The notes under the pieces were generated by a model. It ran no database searches, was not told where the DNA came from, and saw only the letters and a program-made list of their open reading frames with translations. Below, piece by piece: positions 36,648 to 50,313 of a DNA stretch of 64,000 nt (positions are counted from its first letter, which is position 1; every line of letters starts with the position of its first letter). Source of the stretch: Daphnia carinata (lineage: Eukaryota); assembly GCF_022539665.2 (NCBI RefSeq), contig NC_081334.1, positions 3,038,001 through 3,102,000 of the forward strand, in the 5' to 3' direction. The position numbers were made by a program, and so were the translations under genes.

Positions 36648-37918
36648 AAAACAACTATTCATTTGGTTTTGATCTAAACTTGTAATCTTTTGTAACTGAC
36701 CTAACCAGTCTTCTGCTATCAGTTGACTAGATTACCTGTAAATCTATTCAACTTTGACTGAAGATCGCAAATGATTTCTCGAAACCAGTTTCCGAACGTG
36801 TGGCAGATGTTCCAGATGTTCATCACCAAAAGTAAAGGGGGAAAAGAAAAGAGAAAGGTAAAGTCAAGGTAGTACTTTCATCGTTCTTTTTTAGATTTAC
36901 TTTGTGCACAAAGGTTTAGGACCTCAGAAAGTGAAAGTTTTTTTTCGAAACCCTCTTGGTAGGCAGACACATGAGGGTACTATGAGACGATAGCCAACAC
37001 GCTTATGAAAATTTTTTCGGTATAGTCTTACAGCAATTCAAGATGACAAGGACCGGAGATTCTGAAAAAAAAATGCTTCATAAGAGAATTCAAAACTTTC
37101 AGAATGAAAGATTTTACGCTTACGTAGGATGGTTTAAACCGTTGCTTCGCATCAACTTCTTAGTTATTTTAAGTGAAAGTTGTCGGCGGAACTTTCTCTT
37201 TGCTATGAAATGCTGTTTAGTTTTCAGTTAAAATAACCATATCAACCAGCATTTAACAAATGTGCGCATTCCTACAAAATTTTTAGTATTTTTATAGAGA
37301 TAATACGAGAAAAAAATGATTCTCGATAATATTATTTTTCAATTTGATTCTAGAAATAACAGGGAATATAGGTCACGCAGTTGCGGGAACTTATGACAGA
37401 CTGAACAATCGAATATCCATTTGTCCTTGACGTTGCCTCGCTCCAGTGCTGCTCGGTGCGCGTTCACCTGAAAGAATGGAATCAAAGATTGCCAAATTCC
37501 CTTACAATACTCACGAGCGCCTTGCCAAGTCATAGCAGTAAGCTGGGAGAGCTCTCGGCATCAACAACGTTTGATCGGGAAAGTGTGCGTTGGTTTTTTA
37601 ATACAGAATAATGGGCATGGCACCCCAGCTGTTTTCCTTTTCGTTTTACCACGGCAGCAAGTGTCCTCCGTAAAACCAAAAGTGAAAGTTTCCCAATTGA
37701 CTCGCCAAGTGGCTTCGTTATCCAACAACCAGACTGTACTGTTAATTGGAACAAAGCAGTAATATCTTATACCATTTTATCTTTTATCGTTAAGTTCACG
37801 GTAAGTTTCATACAATTTTGAGTAATATTTGGCTGGTTGCGTATTCTATTTGAAAATTTGCTATAACATATTGTAAAGTGGCCATATTCTACTTTTTCCA
37901 AAGGCTTTCAAACTGGAG

Positions 37919-38491
37919 ATGAATGGAGCTCTCAGATTCTTTGCCATTGCTTTTTTGCTGGCACTTTGCTATCACTGGCTTGGTGATGATGACTGGACAG
38001 ACATGGAAGAGGACAGTGAAGAAACTCAGGAAGACCTGATAAACAAGTTCTCTCAAAGTTTCCATCGCAAAACTGGTGATCAGGTTGTGAAAGGAGAAAA
38101 TGGAAAGTTCAAAGCAGATCTGGAAGAACTACACTCAAGTAAATCTTCGTTAATAATTTTTCCTGATAGATTACAATGTTTATCATGTTTGTTTACAGGG
38201 CAAATATTGATCGAAGAAATCCGACACTCTTGTTTACCCAGATTGGTGTGTGAATTATTTGCCATGGAAGATAAATCTTCCTTAACAGACTCAGAATTGT
38301 CTTTGATGTCATTGATCAGTCAAACCAGTCTTGGAACACGAGGAAGTTCTACATCAAACTATCATTTTGCAGCCCATATGGGACAACTTCTTGTTGGGAT
38401 TGATGGCAATAGTTGTCAACATTTTTACCCAACCTGCCCAATTTCAGGCCACCAAGCGTTAGCGTTGGCTAGAAAGATCAAAGTTCGCTAA
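37919..38491 (+). CDS. Secreted or membrane-anchored arthropod protein, DM4/DM12-like (probable 60-nt intron 38139-38198)
   Basis: N-terminal hydrophobic segment and the pattern CLPRLVCEL...YHFAAHMG...CQHFYPTCP. Confidence 0.6.
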   Translation: MNGALRFFAIAFLLALCYHWLGDDDWTDMEEDSEETQEDLINKFSQSFHRKTGDQVVKGENGKFKADLEELHSSKSSLIIFPDRLQCLSCLFTGQILIEEIRHSCLPRLVCELFAMEDKSSLTDSELSLMSLISQTSLGTRGSSTSNYHFAAHMGQLLVGIDGNSCQHFYPTCPISGHQALALARKIKVR

Positions 38492-39121
38492 ATTGTATGG
38501 AGATTGATAATGAACGTTAAGTACCTCATGAACGAGAAAACGCACGAACTCGTAAAACAAATAGCGAAACATGTTTATTAGATGTGTGTAATTTCACCTT
38601 TGTCCATGCGCCAACTTCCGCGCACCTTTCCGTCCGTTTGAATTCATGACTGGCGTGTGAGTTTGTGTAACAAATATTTACTAGCAAACTCATGTCTAGT
38701 CAGTTACCCTAAACTATAGTTTGATTGAAAAATGAAAAGAAATCCTTTATTTTGGTTGTGGAAGTGGAGACATGTTCTCTTTTGCTTACATTGTAGAGTT
38801 TACTGCTGTGAATAGGGAAACGAGTATAAAATTCTTTTGTCGATTATAATTTTTTTTTTTTCGTTTTAATTGAACTGAAATGAAATTATCATCGGAGTGT
38901 GCCAGTGTTACTATATTTATCTAAAAAGAAAACCATTTTTAAAAATATTATTATTATTATTTTTGGCTCTTCAGTATGGCAATGTTGGATGGCGAGTATA
39001 CAATGGCGCTAAGAGTCCTCTCGACGGGAAGATCATCATTGTTGAAGCGGAATCTGTCTATGTGATTTGTGCTTCTCTTAATATTTATTTATTTCAGTTT
39101 GATTTTGATTTTTTACTTAAA

Positions 39122-41853
39122 ATGAGCAAACGTCGTGCAGATTCTACGTCTGGTAGTGGCAGTGGAAGTAGTAGTAGTAGCAGTAGCAGTGAATCGGATG
39201 CCGAATCGGTTAGTCCAACTACAAAATGACTTGCTCTTTATCCGTCAAATTATAAAGAAGCACCTTCATGTTGTAGGGCCTGGTGACTTCACCAAACAAA
39301 CGCCAACGTACTGGGGTAGCTGCAAACAGTCCACCACCAAAGCTGATAGCAAATGATTCAGATTCAGAAACATCAGATTCTGATGATGATTGGGATGCTA
39401 GCGGTAAAAAGAAAAAACCCAAAAAGAAAAAGGCAAAAGCAAGTGCTGGGAAGATGAATCGAAAACCATCTGGTGGAAATGATAGCCATTCTGATCCTGA
39501 AGAAGGTTTAGTAAACAACACTGTGTTTTAGTTATTATTTAATTTTAACCTTTTTTTTTGGAATGAAGGTGAAGTTTCAGACAACTCTGATTCAGATGGT
39601 GGTGCTAGAAAGAGTGGGAGCTCCAGTAGCTATTCAAGTTCTGAATCTGAAGAAGAATTTAATGATGGGTATGATGAGAACCTTATGGGGGATGATAATG
39701 ACCAAGCACGCCTTGCTTCAATGACAGAGAAAGAAAGAGAAGAGGAGCTGTTTAATCGAAATGAAAGAAGAGAAGTTATGAGAACACGGTAATAAAAGTT
39801 TTATTAATATGAGAATGCTTGTCGTTTTAAAGTAGTACTTTAGGTTTGAAATTGAAAAGAAATTAAAAGCTGCTAAGCGTAAAGAGCAGCACAAGAAAAA
39901 GTCTTCAAGCAAAAGCAAGAGTGATTACAAAGACAAAGGTCTCAAAGATTGGGGGGATAAAGATCTTGATAAAGATGTGAAAGAGAGGAGTAAAGAACGC
40001 AAAAAGACAGTCGAAGAGAATAAAGGAAGAACGGACAAGAAAGCTCAAGCTATGAACGCCCTGAAGGCTCGTCGAGAGGAAAAGAAAGAAAGAGGTACAA
40101 ATTGTCAATTGAATAACATTGAAGAATTGGGTGATAATATTTAGCCCTGGCAAACAGAGGAAAAGGAGAAACAACGCATGGAAGACCGTAAGAACGATGA
40201 CAAGGATGGAGACCTCGACGGTGTCTCTGCCGATGCCAATAAGAAGAAACTAAAAGCATCAGACGTCTACTCTGATGATAGTGGCTCAGATTCCGACACG
40301 GGGTCTGATTTTAGCACGGAAAAGCATGGTGTAGCCAACAAATCTTCGTTTCCTCCGTCAACCAAGCGGCAGCAGAGTAGCAGCAGCAGTAGTAGTAGTG
40401 ATTCTGATGTAGGTTACAGTGTTAACAGTAGACAAATTAACTTAAGCTTAATTTCCAAAATTATTTTGTCTTCTTTTATAGGATGACGAAAAAAGTAGCA
40501 AGACAAAGAAGCCAGTGTTCGTGGAATCCAAAGAGCAATTGGGTCGTATTCGTCTCTCTCGTCACAAGCTTGAGAAATGGGTCCACGCCCCTTTCCTCAA
40601 GCGTGCGGTTGTAGGTTGTTTTGTCCGTATTGGCATCGGTATGAACAATGGTAGATCTGTCTACCGTATTGCCGAAATCATTGATGTCTGCGAAACGGGA
40701 AAAATTTATCAACTTGGCCCAACCAGAACAAACAAGGGGCTGCGGCTCAGACATGGTGCTCAAGAACGGGTGTTTCGACTTGAATTTGTTAGTAATCAAG
40801 TACTTTCTTCTTTATAAAATCTTAAACTGGTGTTTTGCACTAACATTTTTAAAAACTAGGATTTCAGTGATTCAGAGTTTAAAAAGTGGATGGACGATTG
40901 TAACACTCAGGGCACATCTCCTCCCACCTTAGAGGACATTCAGAAGAAGCTAAATGATATAAAGGAAGCTGCCAACTTTGAATTCAACGAAGAAGACATC
41001 AACCAGGTAAAGATAGTGCGTGGTATATGCGTAACATTATGAAAAAGTTGTATTTTTTATGTATATCTTTAGATGTTAGAAGAAAAAAGTCGATTCCGAA
41101 AGACACCTTATAATTATGCCATGCGCAAAAATCAACTTATGAAGGAAAGACAAATTGCCCTAATAAAGTATGTCGAAATTTCTCTATAGCCACAAATTGG
41201 ATATTGGTAATAATATCAATGGCCTCAACAGAGGAGAGGAAGAAGAAACAGAACGGCTCACAAAAGAATTAGCTGAATTAGAAGAGAGGGCAGATGAATT
41301 AAGCAAACGATCTCTTTCATCGACGTTATCATCGATTTCATTTATCAACGAGCGAAACCGTAAGCGTAATGTGGAAAGAGCTGAAGAGGCTATTCTAGAG
41401 GAAATTCGGGCTAGTGGAGGCCAGAAAACGGAAGATCCATTTACGCGAAGAAGCACGAGACCAGGGAAATCGGGAAGTTACCGTCCAAACGGCGAAACAC
41501 TACCGTCTACGACTGAAGTTCTCTCTGCTCCAACCAGCAAGGTTCTAGAAGGCCAGGCTGCTGCATCAAATCATGAAATTAGAACAGAACCAAAGGACAA
41601 GGGTAAAACCCTAGTTGCTAAACCCAAAACAAGTGATTTGTTTTCAGCGCATGATTTTGATATCAAGATCGATCTAGAAGTCCCTCTTCCATGTAAGTAC
41701 TTGAAGTTTATGACTTTATATTGCATTTTTTAACTTTTTTGTTTTGTAGCTCAACCTGTTGTTGTTACCCCAAAACCAGTGGCAAATCTAAAAGAACAGC
41801 CTCGTCGTTCTCTCAACCTTGAAGATTACAAGAAAAAGCGTGGATTAATCTGA
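39122..41853 (+). CDS. RTF1: Paf1C-associated elongation factor RTF1 (Plus3 domain), multi-exon
   Basis: [10 protein letters not shown]...[29 protein letters not shown]...[45 protein letters not shown] and [16 protein letters not shown]. Confidence 0.95.
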
Positions 41854-42025
41854 ACTGTAAGAACCCTTTACTCATATCGACATGCAAACTGATGGACTGC
41901 AAAATTTAATACCTTAACACATTCAGGGTGTGAAAATGCAAAGCAACAAACAAATCAACTTTGTATTCCTCTGATTAGTGTTAAGTGTGTATAATACATT
42001 AAGCCAATACACAACCTGGCTTATG

Positions 42026-42501
42026 TCATGTAATATATGGAGAGTTGTGTACCATCAGGTCATCAATTGAGATTGAAACAATGTATTTCCCTGGTACCAT
42101 TGCCAACCCCAATACACGTGGTTCTTCGGCAACATTATCTGTAACATCCATTTCTTAATACTTTTTCAGAATTTTATTTGTCAAGACAATTACCATCTGG
42201 AGGAGGATATTCATAACAGGAACCCAGAATTATATTGCAGTCTCTGTCTGTACATAGAAACTGGCCAACCAAGGTGCGACCATCTTCAATTTCTATTTTC
42301 ATACAGGCGTTCAGCCATGATTCCAATTTCAATCTTCCAGGAGATTTAACCTTTGGTAACAATGAAACAGTAGGCATCAATACCAAACTTTACAATGAAG
42401 CTTTCTTTACGTACTTTCGTAGTTAATTCTTTTTCTTTTGATGCTTCTTTTGATATATCAACCATTGCAATGTTTTCAAGCTTAGACTGACATTCTTCCA
42501 T
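42026..42501 (-). CDS. NAA38: NatC auxiliary subunit, Sm-like LSMD1 (about 3 exons)
   Basis: [44 protein letters not shown]...[19 protein letters not shown]. Confidence 0.88.
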
Positions 42502-42797
42502 TTTTTCCAATTGTCTAAATGCTTCACTAGTAGAAAACAGATGGCGTACAATGAGCACGGATCTTTAAAACTATCGTTTTTTTCTGTTTTACTGCTATCG
42601 TCATCTATCGGTCACATTTCTAGTTAATTCTCTACATACACTCACCGATATTTATGCTGCATCGCGCTAGCGCTGTAGTGTACTACTGCCATACCCGACT
42701 AAACAAGCCCGACTTTTCTTGGTCGGACAGAATAAGCCCGACTTTCCATAGTCGGGCTTAAAGTTTTTTTCTGTAAACAGTGACACTCTCTCTTAAT

Positions 42798-45402
42798 ATG
42801 GAGTTTTTAATTATGAAGGGGAAACCAGCCAGCAGTGCCGTCAGCACAGCTATTCGGATCTCTACGTTTGATTCCTTGCTCCCCAAGAAAATTTGTTTTG
42901 ATTCTAGTGTTGCAGAAGAAAATTCTTTCATAGCTTACTCTTCTTCATATGTGAGAAAAATGTAGCTGATTCATACAGTCAATCATTTAACAAGTCAGCA
43001 AAGGTAGACATGACAGCTCAGTATGAACAAAAACGTTCGGAGAAGCAGGCAAAAATTCTTGAATTGCAACAGATAATTATTCAGGCTGTAATGAAATTTA
43101 GCACTTTACCGACAACAAAAGATCAACTTGGTCATGATCTATCAAACCTGAAACATAATTGTAGCACAAAAATCAAGCACTATGAAGATAACATTGAAAA
43201 CCTTCAGGTAAGCCGACTGTGTCTCGTCATAGTTTAAACAACTCCTAAAATCATTTACGTTAGATTGAAATCAGGCGTCTCCATCTGAAAAATGACCGCC
43301 TTTCTAAAGAAAACATACTTATGAAAGAAGCAATGAACCAACTCAAGCTAGCATGTGCTGAAGAAAAGATATCTTGTAGCAAAAAACTATCCAGAGTAGA
43401 ACAGAAAATGATTGACATGCAACTAGAATGTGAAGATAAAATTCGAGGATTAGAACAAAACCTAGAAAAAGCCCTATGGGAGGCAAATAAACATCAAATG
43501 GAGGCTGAGGAGGCAAAAAATCAATTGAAACTGAAAGAAAGAGTGGCCAGCCCACCATCCGATCATACAACAGTTATTGAACAGCAGAGACAAGTAATAC
43601 TTGAACTGGAAAACACACTGTTTGCCCAAAGAGCATCTTTCTTGCAGTCGCAAGAAGCAATGCTTGCCAGAATACCTCAGGTACTTCATTAGATCCCCAT
43701 AGGGTGTCCTTCGTTCCACTGCTAATGTATTTCTACCTTATTCAGTTAGAAAAAGAGCTTACACATTTACATGCTACCAATCAACTATATCGGGAAACGG
43801 CTGCAAATGAATTGCTGCTAAAGGAGCAAATATCGGCTCTGCAAAAAAGTGTCTAAAGGTACAAGGACCAATGTCAAGCCATTCCTGGTTTACAGGTAAT
43901 TATTCCATAACTTTTTTTATTATATATACTTGTTCCTAGAACTTTACGAGCTATACATAGGGAGAATTGAAGAAATTAGCCTCTCACCTCCGAGAATGGG
44001 AATCCATGGCAGAGCGCTTATTTGATGAAAATAGTCTCGTGTGGAAACTATGCGGAGAAGACAAATCAAACTGGTTGATGATATTGGTAATCTACAAGTA
44101 GAGCTAAACTCGTTGAATAGGTATGTTATAGCACAATTGGCTCCATAGATCAATATATTTAGAAGCAGTATTTGACTATATATATTTTTTTTTTATGTTT
44201 TAAAATTTAGGACAAATTTAACCTTACGGGACGCAATTGAAGCCCTCAATGATGTCTCAAAAACAAAATTAGATCTCGAAGACCGCGTGAGGAAACTCGA
44301 AAGGAAATTAAGCGTGGTTCAAAAAGATCGTGATGACACGAGTTGGAGGTATACGATTCATTAGCTAACATAAATCAAATCGCATTTGCCATTATCGAAC
44401 CATTTTTGTATTAAGGCCCAGCAACAGTTTCAATGGAGACCAAGCAAATCAATGAATTGGAACGGCTTTTGGAGGAATATCGTGGATTAGGCTCAAAAGT
44501 CGATACCACGCCGAAGGCTAACCAAGAAATTGTCACCAAATTGAACCAGGAAAAAGAACAATTGACAAAGGAAGTTGCTGAATTGAACCAGACAATCAAA
44601 CATTTAAAGGCTCAATTAGAGGTCGCCGAGTCGAAGGTACCAAATGCGTATGTTGTACCGATGCCAATCTTTCGAGGTTCTGTTCTCAATTAATTAGGGG
44701 ATAGCTTCCGACATCCGAGTCCTCCACTTCACCGACAATCCGCTGGATAATGTTCGGCGCAAAACATTAGAGCAGCTTTCTCAGTTAGAAAAAGAGAACG
44801 AATCACTACGAGAGAGGGTTCGCTTGATGGAAGCAGGTTAGACCAAAAATCTTACTCTTTTGGTTGGAGATCACTTTGAACAAGGATGTACTCCCGAACG
44901 TCTCGGAGGTAATCATTGTAGCTTTCAACTAGGTTCTAAATATCTACAAAAACTTTTTTAAACAGATCTAGAAGAAAAACTCAAATCGAGTGGAATGAAG
45001 AATCAACGAGTGGAAGAAGTGTTCCGAAAATACTGCTCTGAATTCCGCCGAGGAATATTTGAACTTTTCGGTTATCAGGTGGATAATGACGAATGCGGCA
45101 ATTTTAAACTCACATCTGTGTTTTCCGAGTGCGGATTATCTCTCTTTTAAAGTAATTTCGCCACTACAATTTTTAATTTATCAAAATTCTTATTTCTTTT
45201 CTTTATTCCTTATTAGTACGTTGGTGACGGCCTGATGGTTATGGATAGTCCATATCTTCATACCATTGATGATTTAGTTCCGCTTCACATCAATAACCAA
45301 AAGTTCATCCCCGTCTTCTTGTCTGCCCTCACAGTTGAGCTTTACCCTCGTCAGTCTATTAACTCATCCGCCTATCCATCAGTCTTGGTTACTCCAAGCT
45401 GA
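42798..45402 (+). pseudogene. MAD1L1: MAD1 (spindle checkpoint) gene with disabling mutations
   Basis: Coiled-coil exons, IRVLHFTDNPL, EFRRGIFELFGYQVD and IPVFLSALTVELY. In-frame stops TAA 43854-43856 and TAG 44839-44841, with apparent frameshifts near 44040 and 45130. Confidence 0.78.
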
Positions 45403-46213
45403 ACTTAAAATTGGTAACTATATATTTTTTAAAAAGGTCGTGGATGTGAAATAAATTGATTTTCCTTATAAATTAATTTCACGTCTTGCAGCTGGATCAA
45501 CGCGTCGAAGATCGTCGTCGGAAGAGCAAGGACATTAGTTACGCATCTTCTCCATCCTATGACGGCAGTCAGCCATTGATCCCTTCCAGCAACATCAGCA
45601 GCGGTAAGGAGAATTTCTCATTTTTCTTTCATTTTGTATGGGGAAGAGAAAAAAAAAACAAACAAAGAAAAAGCCAAGTTTTAACGTTCTGTTGTCGTGC
45701 AACGTGGCTGTGTATGTTGTGATGCACGCTTTTCGGCTTAGATAAAAATGGCGGATTTTTCCATGTTTGTATTGTTCTCTTTGTAAAAAATTCAAAAATT
45801 CCTGTTTTCTTTTTTTGTGTTTCACAAACACACAGCGTTGTCTGAACTCTATTTTGTGCTGCGGCAATTGTTTATTTCGACGCTAAATGCGTCATTGCCA
45901 CCACAGGCAACTGGCAAGTCGGGAAAACGAAAAAGGAAAAAAAAAAGAAGTCGGTTCTGTCAAAAGAACACCTGGGAGGAAAATTATGGATTTCGATGTA
46001 CAACCGATGGGGTGATAGAAAAACCTCCGGCAGAGAAAAAAACGGGGAATCGGGTACCTTAGGTATTGGTATTCGGAAAGGCAAGTGGCCTGGGTCTTGG
46101 CTTCGATGTTTTGAGCCAGTGAATGGTCAGGAAACAAAAACGAGGCTTGCTTTTTTTTTCCAAGTCCAAACCGTATTCCTAAATTCACTATTAGTAATAG
46201 TAGTATCCAAATA

Positions 46214-46285
46214 TGTGAAATAGCTCAATGCTAGAGCATCGGCCTCAGAAGTCGAAGGCCTAGGGTTCAATACTCAGCTTCGCCA
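46214..46285 (+). pseudogene. tRNA-like pseudogene (CAG in the anticodon position, short variable arm)
   Basis: A-box TAGCTCAATGCTAGAGC, stem TCGGC/GTCGA and B-box-like GGTTCAATAC. Acceptor and T stems are imperfect. Confidence 0.45.
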
Positions 46286-46396
46286 GGCAAGTCTTTTCAT
46301 TTTTGCACACGTTTATTTGCCGAAGTAACGAAAAATGGCAATATAAGCAAAAATCCTTTCTTCTCGACGCTCGTATCGACTACGTATCCAGAATTC

Positions 46397-48420
46397 TTAA
46401 TTTTCTGAAGTAGTAGTGGGCGCAGGCTGGCTTGTTCGAATGATGTTATGTATTAAGGTCTTTTCCTGTAACCTAAAGCAAACATATAGATATTTTATCA
46501 TAAAATACAGTTTCAATGAATGGCTTACCAGGAGAATGACTTCACCACAATTGTTAAAGCCTTCCCCACAGACAATGCCCTTCATCAGTTCCTTTTCATT
46601 GCATGTCACAGCTTCCAGAATGTATTGTTCATGCAGCTTTCCATCTTCAATCAATTCATTGAATAGTTTCTGCAGTCTTTCGAGGTGTGGCCAGCTTCAT
46701 GACACTAAGGGTAAAACAATGGAGGTAAGTTTGAATACATATTTCCATACTTTTACCTTACTTTGTTACTCCACTACCACCACCCCATCAGGCTTGTGGA
46801 CACTCACTGGTAAACTACCCCTCTTGTCCACACTGTTGAATAAAACCATATTAAAGTAAGCAAACTTAAAAGGCAAGAAAACACTAACCTTGTGACAAAT
46901 CCGATTGCCGATTCCGCCATCACCACCACCTCCTTTCCACCACATTCCCTGTAAACATGACTATCTTCTCCACACTACAAGAGGCATTCAGAATTAATTC
47001 AGGAAATATTCCTATTACGCGTTTACGTATGGCAATCCGTTTTACATTAAAAAAAAAAAAAAAAAATGGCGGAAAAAAAAAATCGCGAAAAAAAAATCGC
47101 ACTTTTTTCTTTTTTTCCGACACGTAGCCATCTACCGCTCAGACTCATTATTACTGGCGTAGGCAATTTCAGTCCATTGGATGCCATTCGCAGTTTGTTC
47201 AGTAGCGTGGATGGAGAATAACGCGTGGCTGGAGGAACAATTGAAAAATGGATAAGATAATACAACAAAAGGATGGTAAGTATAAAGATTATTATATTGG
47301 TTTTCAATTATTAATTATTGTTTATTAGATCAAATTATGAAGCTGCAGGCCCAATTATTGGAACAACACAAAATATTAGATAACAGCAATGCTAAGGATG
47401 GTAAGGCCTAATACGTAATGATTCTATTTATTTGCTTTTATTCATTTGTGTTTTGTAGCTCAAATTTTGAGTCTACAAGGTCAGGTAGGGGAAAAGAACA
47501 AATTGGAACGGAACAGTTTCCAAACAGTGAAGGAGGTTTTTCCAAACTCATCCCTAACTGAACATGAGGATGAATTGGCATTAGGTGAACACAGTCAGGT
47601 ACCTAAACTTTTCAAATAAGAATTCAAAATAAGTATAGAATTTTAACAAACAATTATTTATTGTTTAGTTATTCAGTCTACCACCTGACAGTGTGTTGAA
47701 GTTAAATTCTGTTAGTGCTGCACTAAAAGAATTGTTAGTAATAAGTCCATGCAGCGAAGTAAGTGAACAATTGTGGGACCGTATTTGGGCTGAAAATGGG
47801 TGTGGTACGGAAACCCAGAAATAGCACGAGTTCAACATAAAACATGAATTAGGTACTTTTCGGTTTTTTGTCTATCGAAAAAGTATTTTTAATGCTATTA
47901 TTTTGCATTCACAGAATTTTAGTGGGGGATCAAGTCAAGTCTGGAAGTGTTACAGGATGGAAAAGTGAGCCTACAGTTGAAAAACACTGAAAGTGCATTA
48001 CCATTAAGGTATGAGGTAAAGTAATAGAGTATGCAAATTGTCTAATGAGAAGTACCATCTTGTGTGAATGAATCCTGTGTAACAACAATCCTTTATAGTT
48101 CTGTCACAGCTAGAAACCTCAAATAATTCTGCTTCTCTGTCTAAAGAACAACTTGTCCTTTACGTTCAGAGTGTTGGTGAAGCTGGGTACTTAAATGGCC
48201 CTAAAGATGTTTTAATTTTGCTGCCATTGCAGAGATGAACATCATACATGGACTCTTTAGGTATGAAAGGATTTTTCTTCAAATAATTTTGAATTTATGA
48301 CGAAGAATTTCTCCTCCTTTTTGCCAACCAGGTCTAATCTACCAAAACAAATTTTATCCAATAGGAAAGGATTTTCATGTACTGGGAACACAACTATCAA
48401 CAATGCAACATTGTACAGGT
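46397..48420. pseudogene. Divergent pair of degenerate multi-exon relics of unknown identity (possibly transposon-derived)
   Basis: Exon-like blocks with GT/AG boundaries and internal stops, on the minus strand (46397-46920) and the plus strand (47211-48420). No family recognised. Confidence 0.3.
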
Positions 48421-49257
48421 GCTAGTTTATCAATCAAGAGCCTTATACAATGATGTTAATCTGCAATTTGTATGTCCTTCCCCAAGCTTCCACCAGAAGT
48501 TGAATCTATGAGTCATGTAAGTTACATGATCAACAGTTGATATGTTTAACGGTGTTGTTTTTCTTTTCTCAATATAGGTTAATAGTAACATTGGATCTGA
48601 AAAAATTCTTGGTTGGGGCAAGACACTGAATAAATTGTATTGATTGGATGGATGACATGACATTTCTATACTTAATTCGGATTCCCCAGACGGTATTTGA
48701 TATTTAAAAAATTGAAGTGCATATCTGGGCTCCCTTCTTTTCTGAAGCCCCGTTTCCCCTTGACTCGTAATAAGCCCGTAGGGGGTCATGCCCCTACTGT
48801 ACGGTATATATAAAAACAACATATACCGAGGTTTGGAGGGCTCTGGCCGGAAAGGGGACGTGGGGTGCCGCTTAGTCCGATGATGTGTTCACGGAGGGCG
48901 ATGTGGCTACCCACAAATCCGAACTAAAGGTTAATCGCTCCTGTAAAAATGTTCCAAATCTTCAGCTCTTCTTCCGGCTTCTCTTAGCCAATCACCGGGT
49001 AATCTCCCCGGTGGGTCAACAAGGCAGTGTCTCCCCCTGCCTGGGTTGACGGCAACTTTTGAAAGGGCTATTGTGCCTTTTTAAAGTTGCAAAAATAATT
49101 GTAATGTGCAGAGAATTGTCAATAAATTTTTTTTATAAAATATTTTATCCAAAATTTGTTTCTTTCATTGTCTGTGTTAGCTGTGTTCACACATTACATT
49201 TATCATTTTTTTAAATTTAGGTTGCTAATTTTATCCTTATTGTTTTCAACCTTCCAA

Positions 49258-49496
49258 TCCATATTACTACACTGGGATTTGAACCACAGACTTCTTGTTT
49301 CACAGGCCAGTATGCTACTGTTATGGTATAGCCGTTCTTGATAATATTCTTTAGGATTGTGATACCTATATTTTGATTTGCAATTCCCATTAGCTTATTA
49401 TTGAATGCACATTAGTTGATCATATGTTCATGGTTGGAATAATGGTAAAGCATGTGGTTGTCACGCTTGAATACTAGGGTTCGATCCCCATGTCAG
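49258..49496. pseudogene. Two degenerate tRNA-like relics (minus about 49260-49333, plus about 49425-49496)
   Basis: B-box-like GGTTCAAATCCC (minus) and GGTTCGATCCCC (plus). Stems are poorly paired. Confidence 0.35.
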
Positions 49497-50125
49497 TTAA
49501 TGTGTAGCTAAATAAAAATACAAAAGTAAATACTGTAAAGTCGTTTTTATTGTCCCTCCTTCCACCCACATATCCACCACTATTACATACATTTCAATAT
49601 ACAGTACACAGCATACAATACATACACAAATACACTTAAACTAACACGTTGGCTGCCACGCCACCTATCTACAATCGCTACTGTCGCTATCAAAGGGATA
49701 GCGACCAAGGGGGCCGGGTGGGCCGGGCTGAAACGACGACGAGACCTTTACGGGAATGCACACCCCAGGTCTACATCGCCGTCTCGTTCAAGGGATTCCC
49801 TATGGTGCATTGCCTTTGGGCCATTCGGCCAATCTTGGGCAGTGGCGCTGCTCCACCCCATGGCAGATAAACCATGGAGCAGAACAGCGCGGCCCGTCCC
49901 TGTCAAGCTACAAAAAAAAGGGGATCAAAGTGGGTGGCAGCCAACGTGTTAATTTGCAAAACATAATACAACATAAAACAAAACACAACCATACCACGAA
50001 GACCAGGCGACCACGAGGTGACGAAGGGGCGATAGGGGAGGCGATGACGGCGTGACCACGAGGCGAAGGCGGGGCGAGGCGAAGACGGCGCGACCACGAG
50101 GCGAAGAAGGGGCGACGGGCTAGGT

Positions 50126-50313
50126 GAAGACGGGACGACGGGCGAGGCGAAGACGGGACGACGGGCGAGGCGAAGACGGGACGACGGGCGAGGCGAAGAC
50201 GGGACGACGGGCGAGGCGAAGACGGGACGACGGGCGAGGCGAAGACGGGACGACGGGCGAGGCGAAGACGGGACGACGGGCGAGGCGAAGACGGGACGAC
50301 GGGCGAGGCGAAG
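50126..50313. repeat. GC-rich 23-bp minisatellite (GGGCGAGGCGAAGACGGGACGAC), about 8 copies with degenerate flanking units
   Basis: Directly visible, and the ORF translations repeat every 23 aa (69 nt, three units). Confidence 0.95.

Noticed and set aside
45492..45603. Orphan exon-like block, possibly a PTK7 first exon
   Set aside because: It has an acceptor and donor but no start codon or signal peptide, and cannot be linked to any gene from sequence alone.
50126..50313. Possible CRISPR array or Arg/Pro-rich proteins
   Set aside because: The units are contiguous with no unique spacers and there are no cas genes. The ORFs are by-products of a stop-free repeat.
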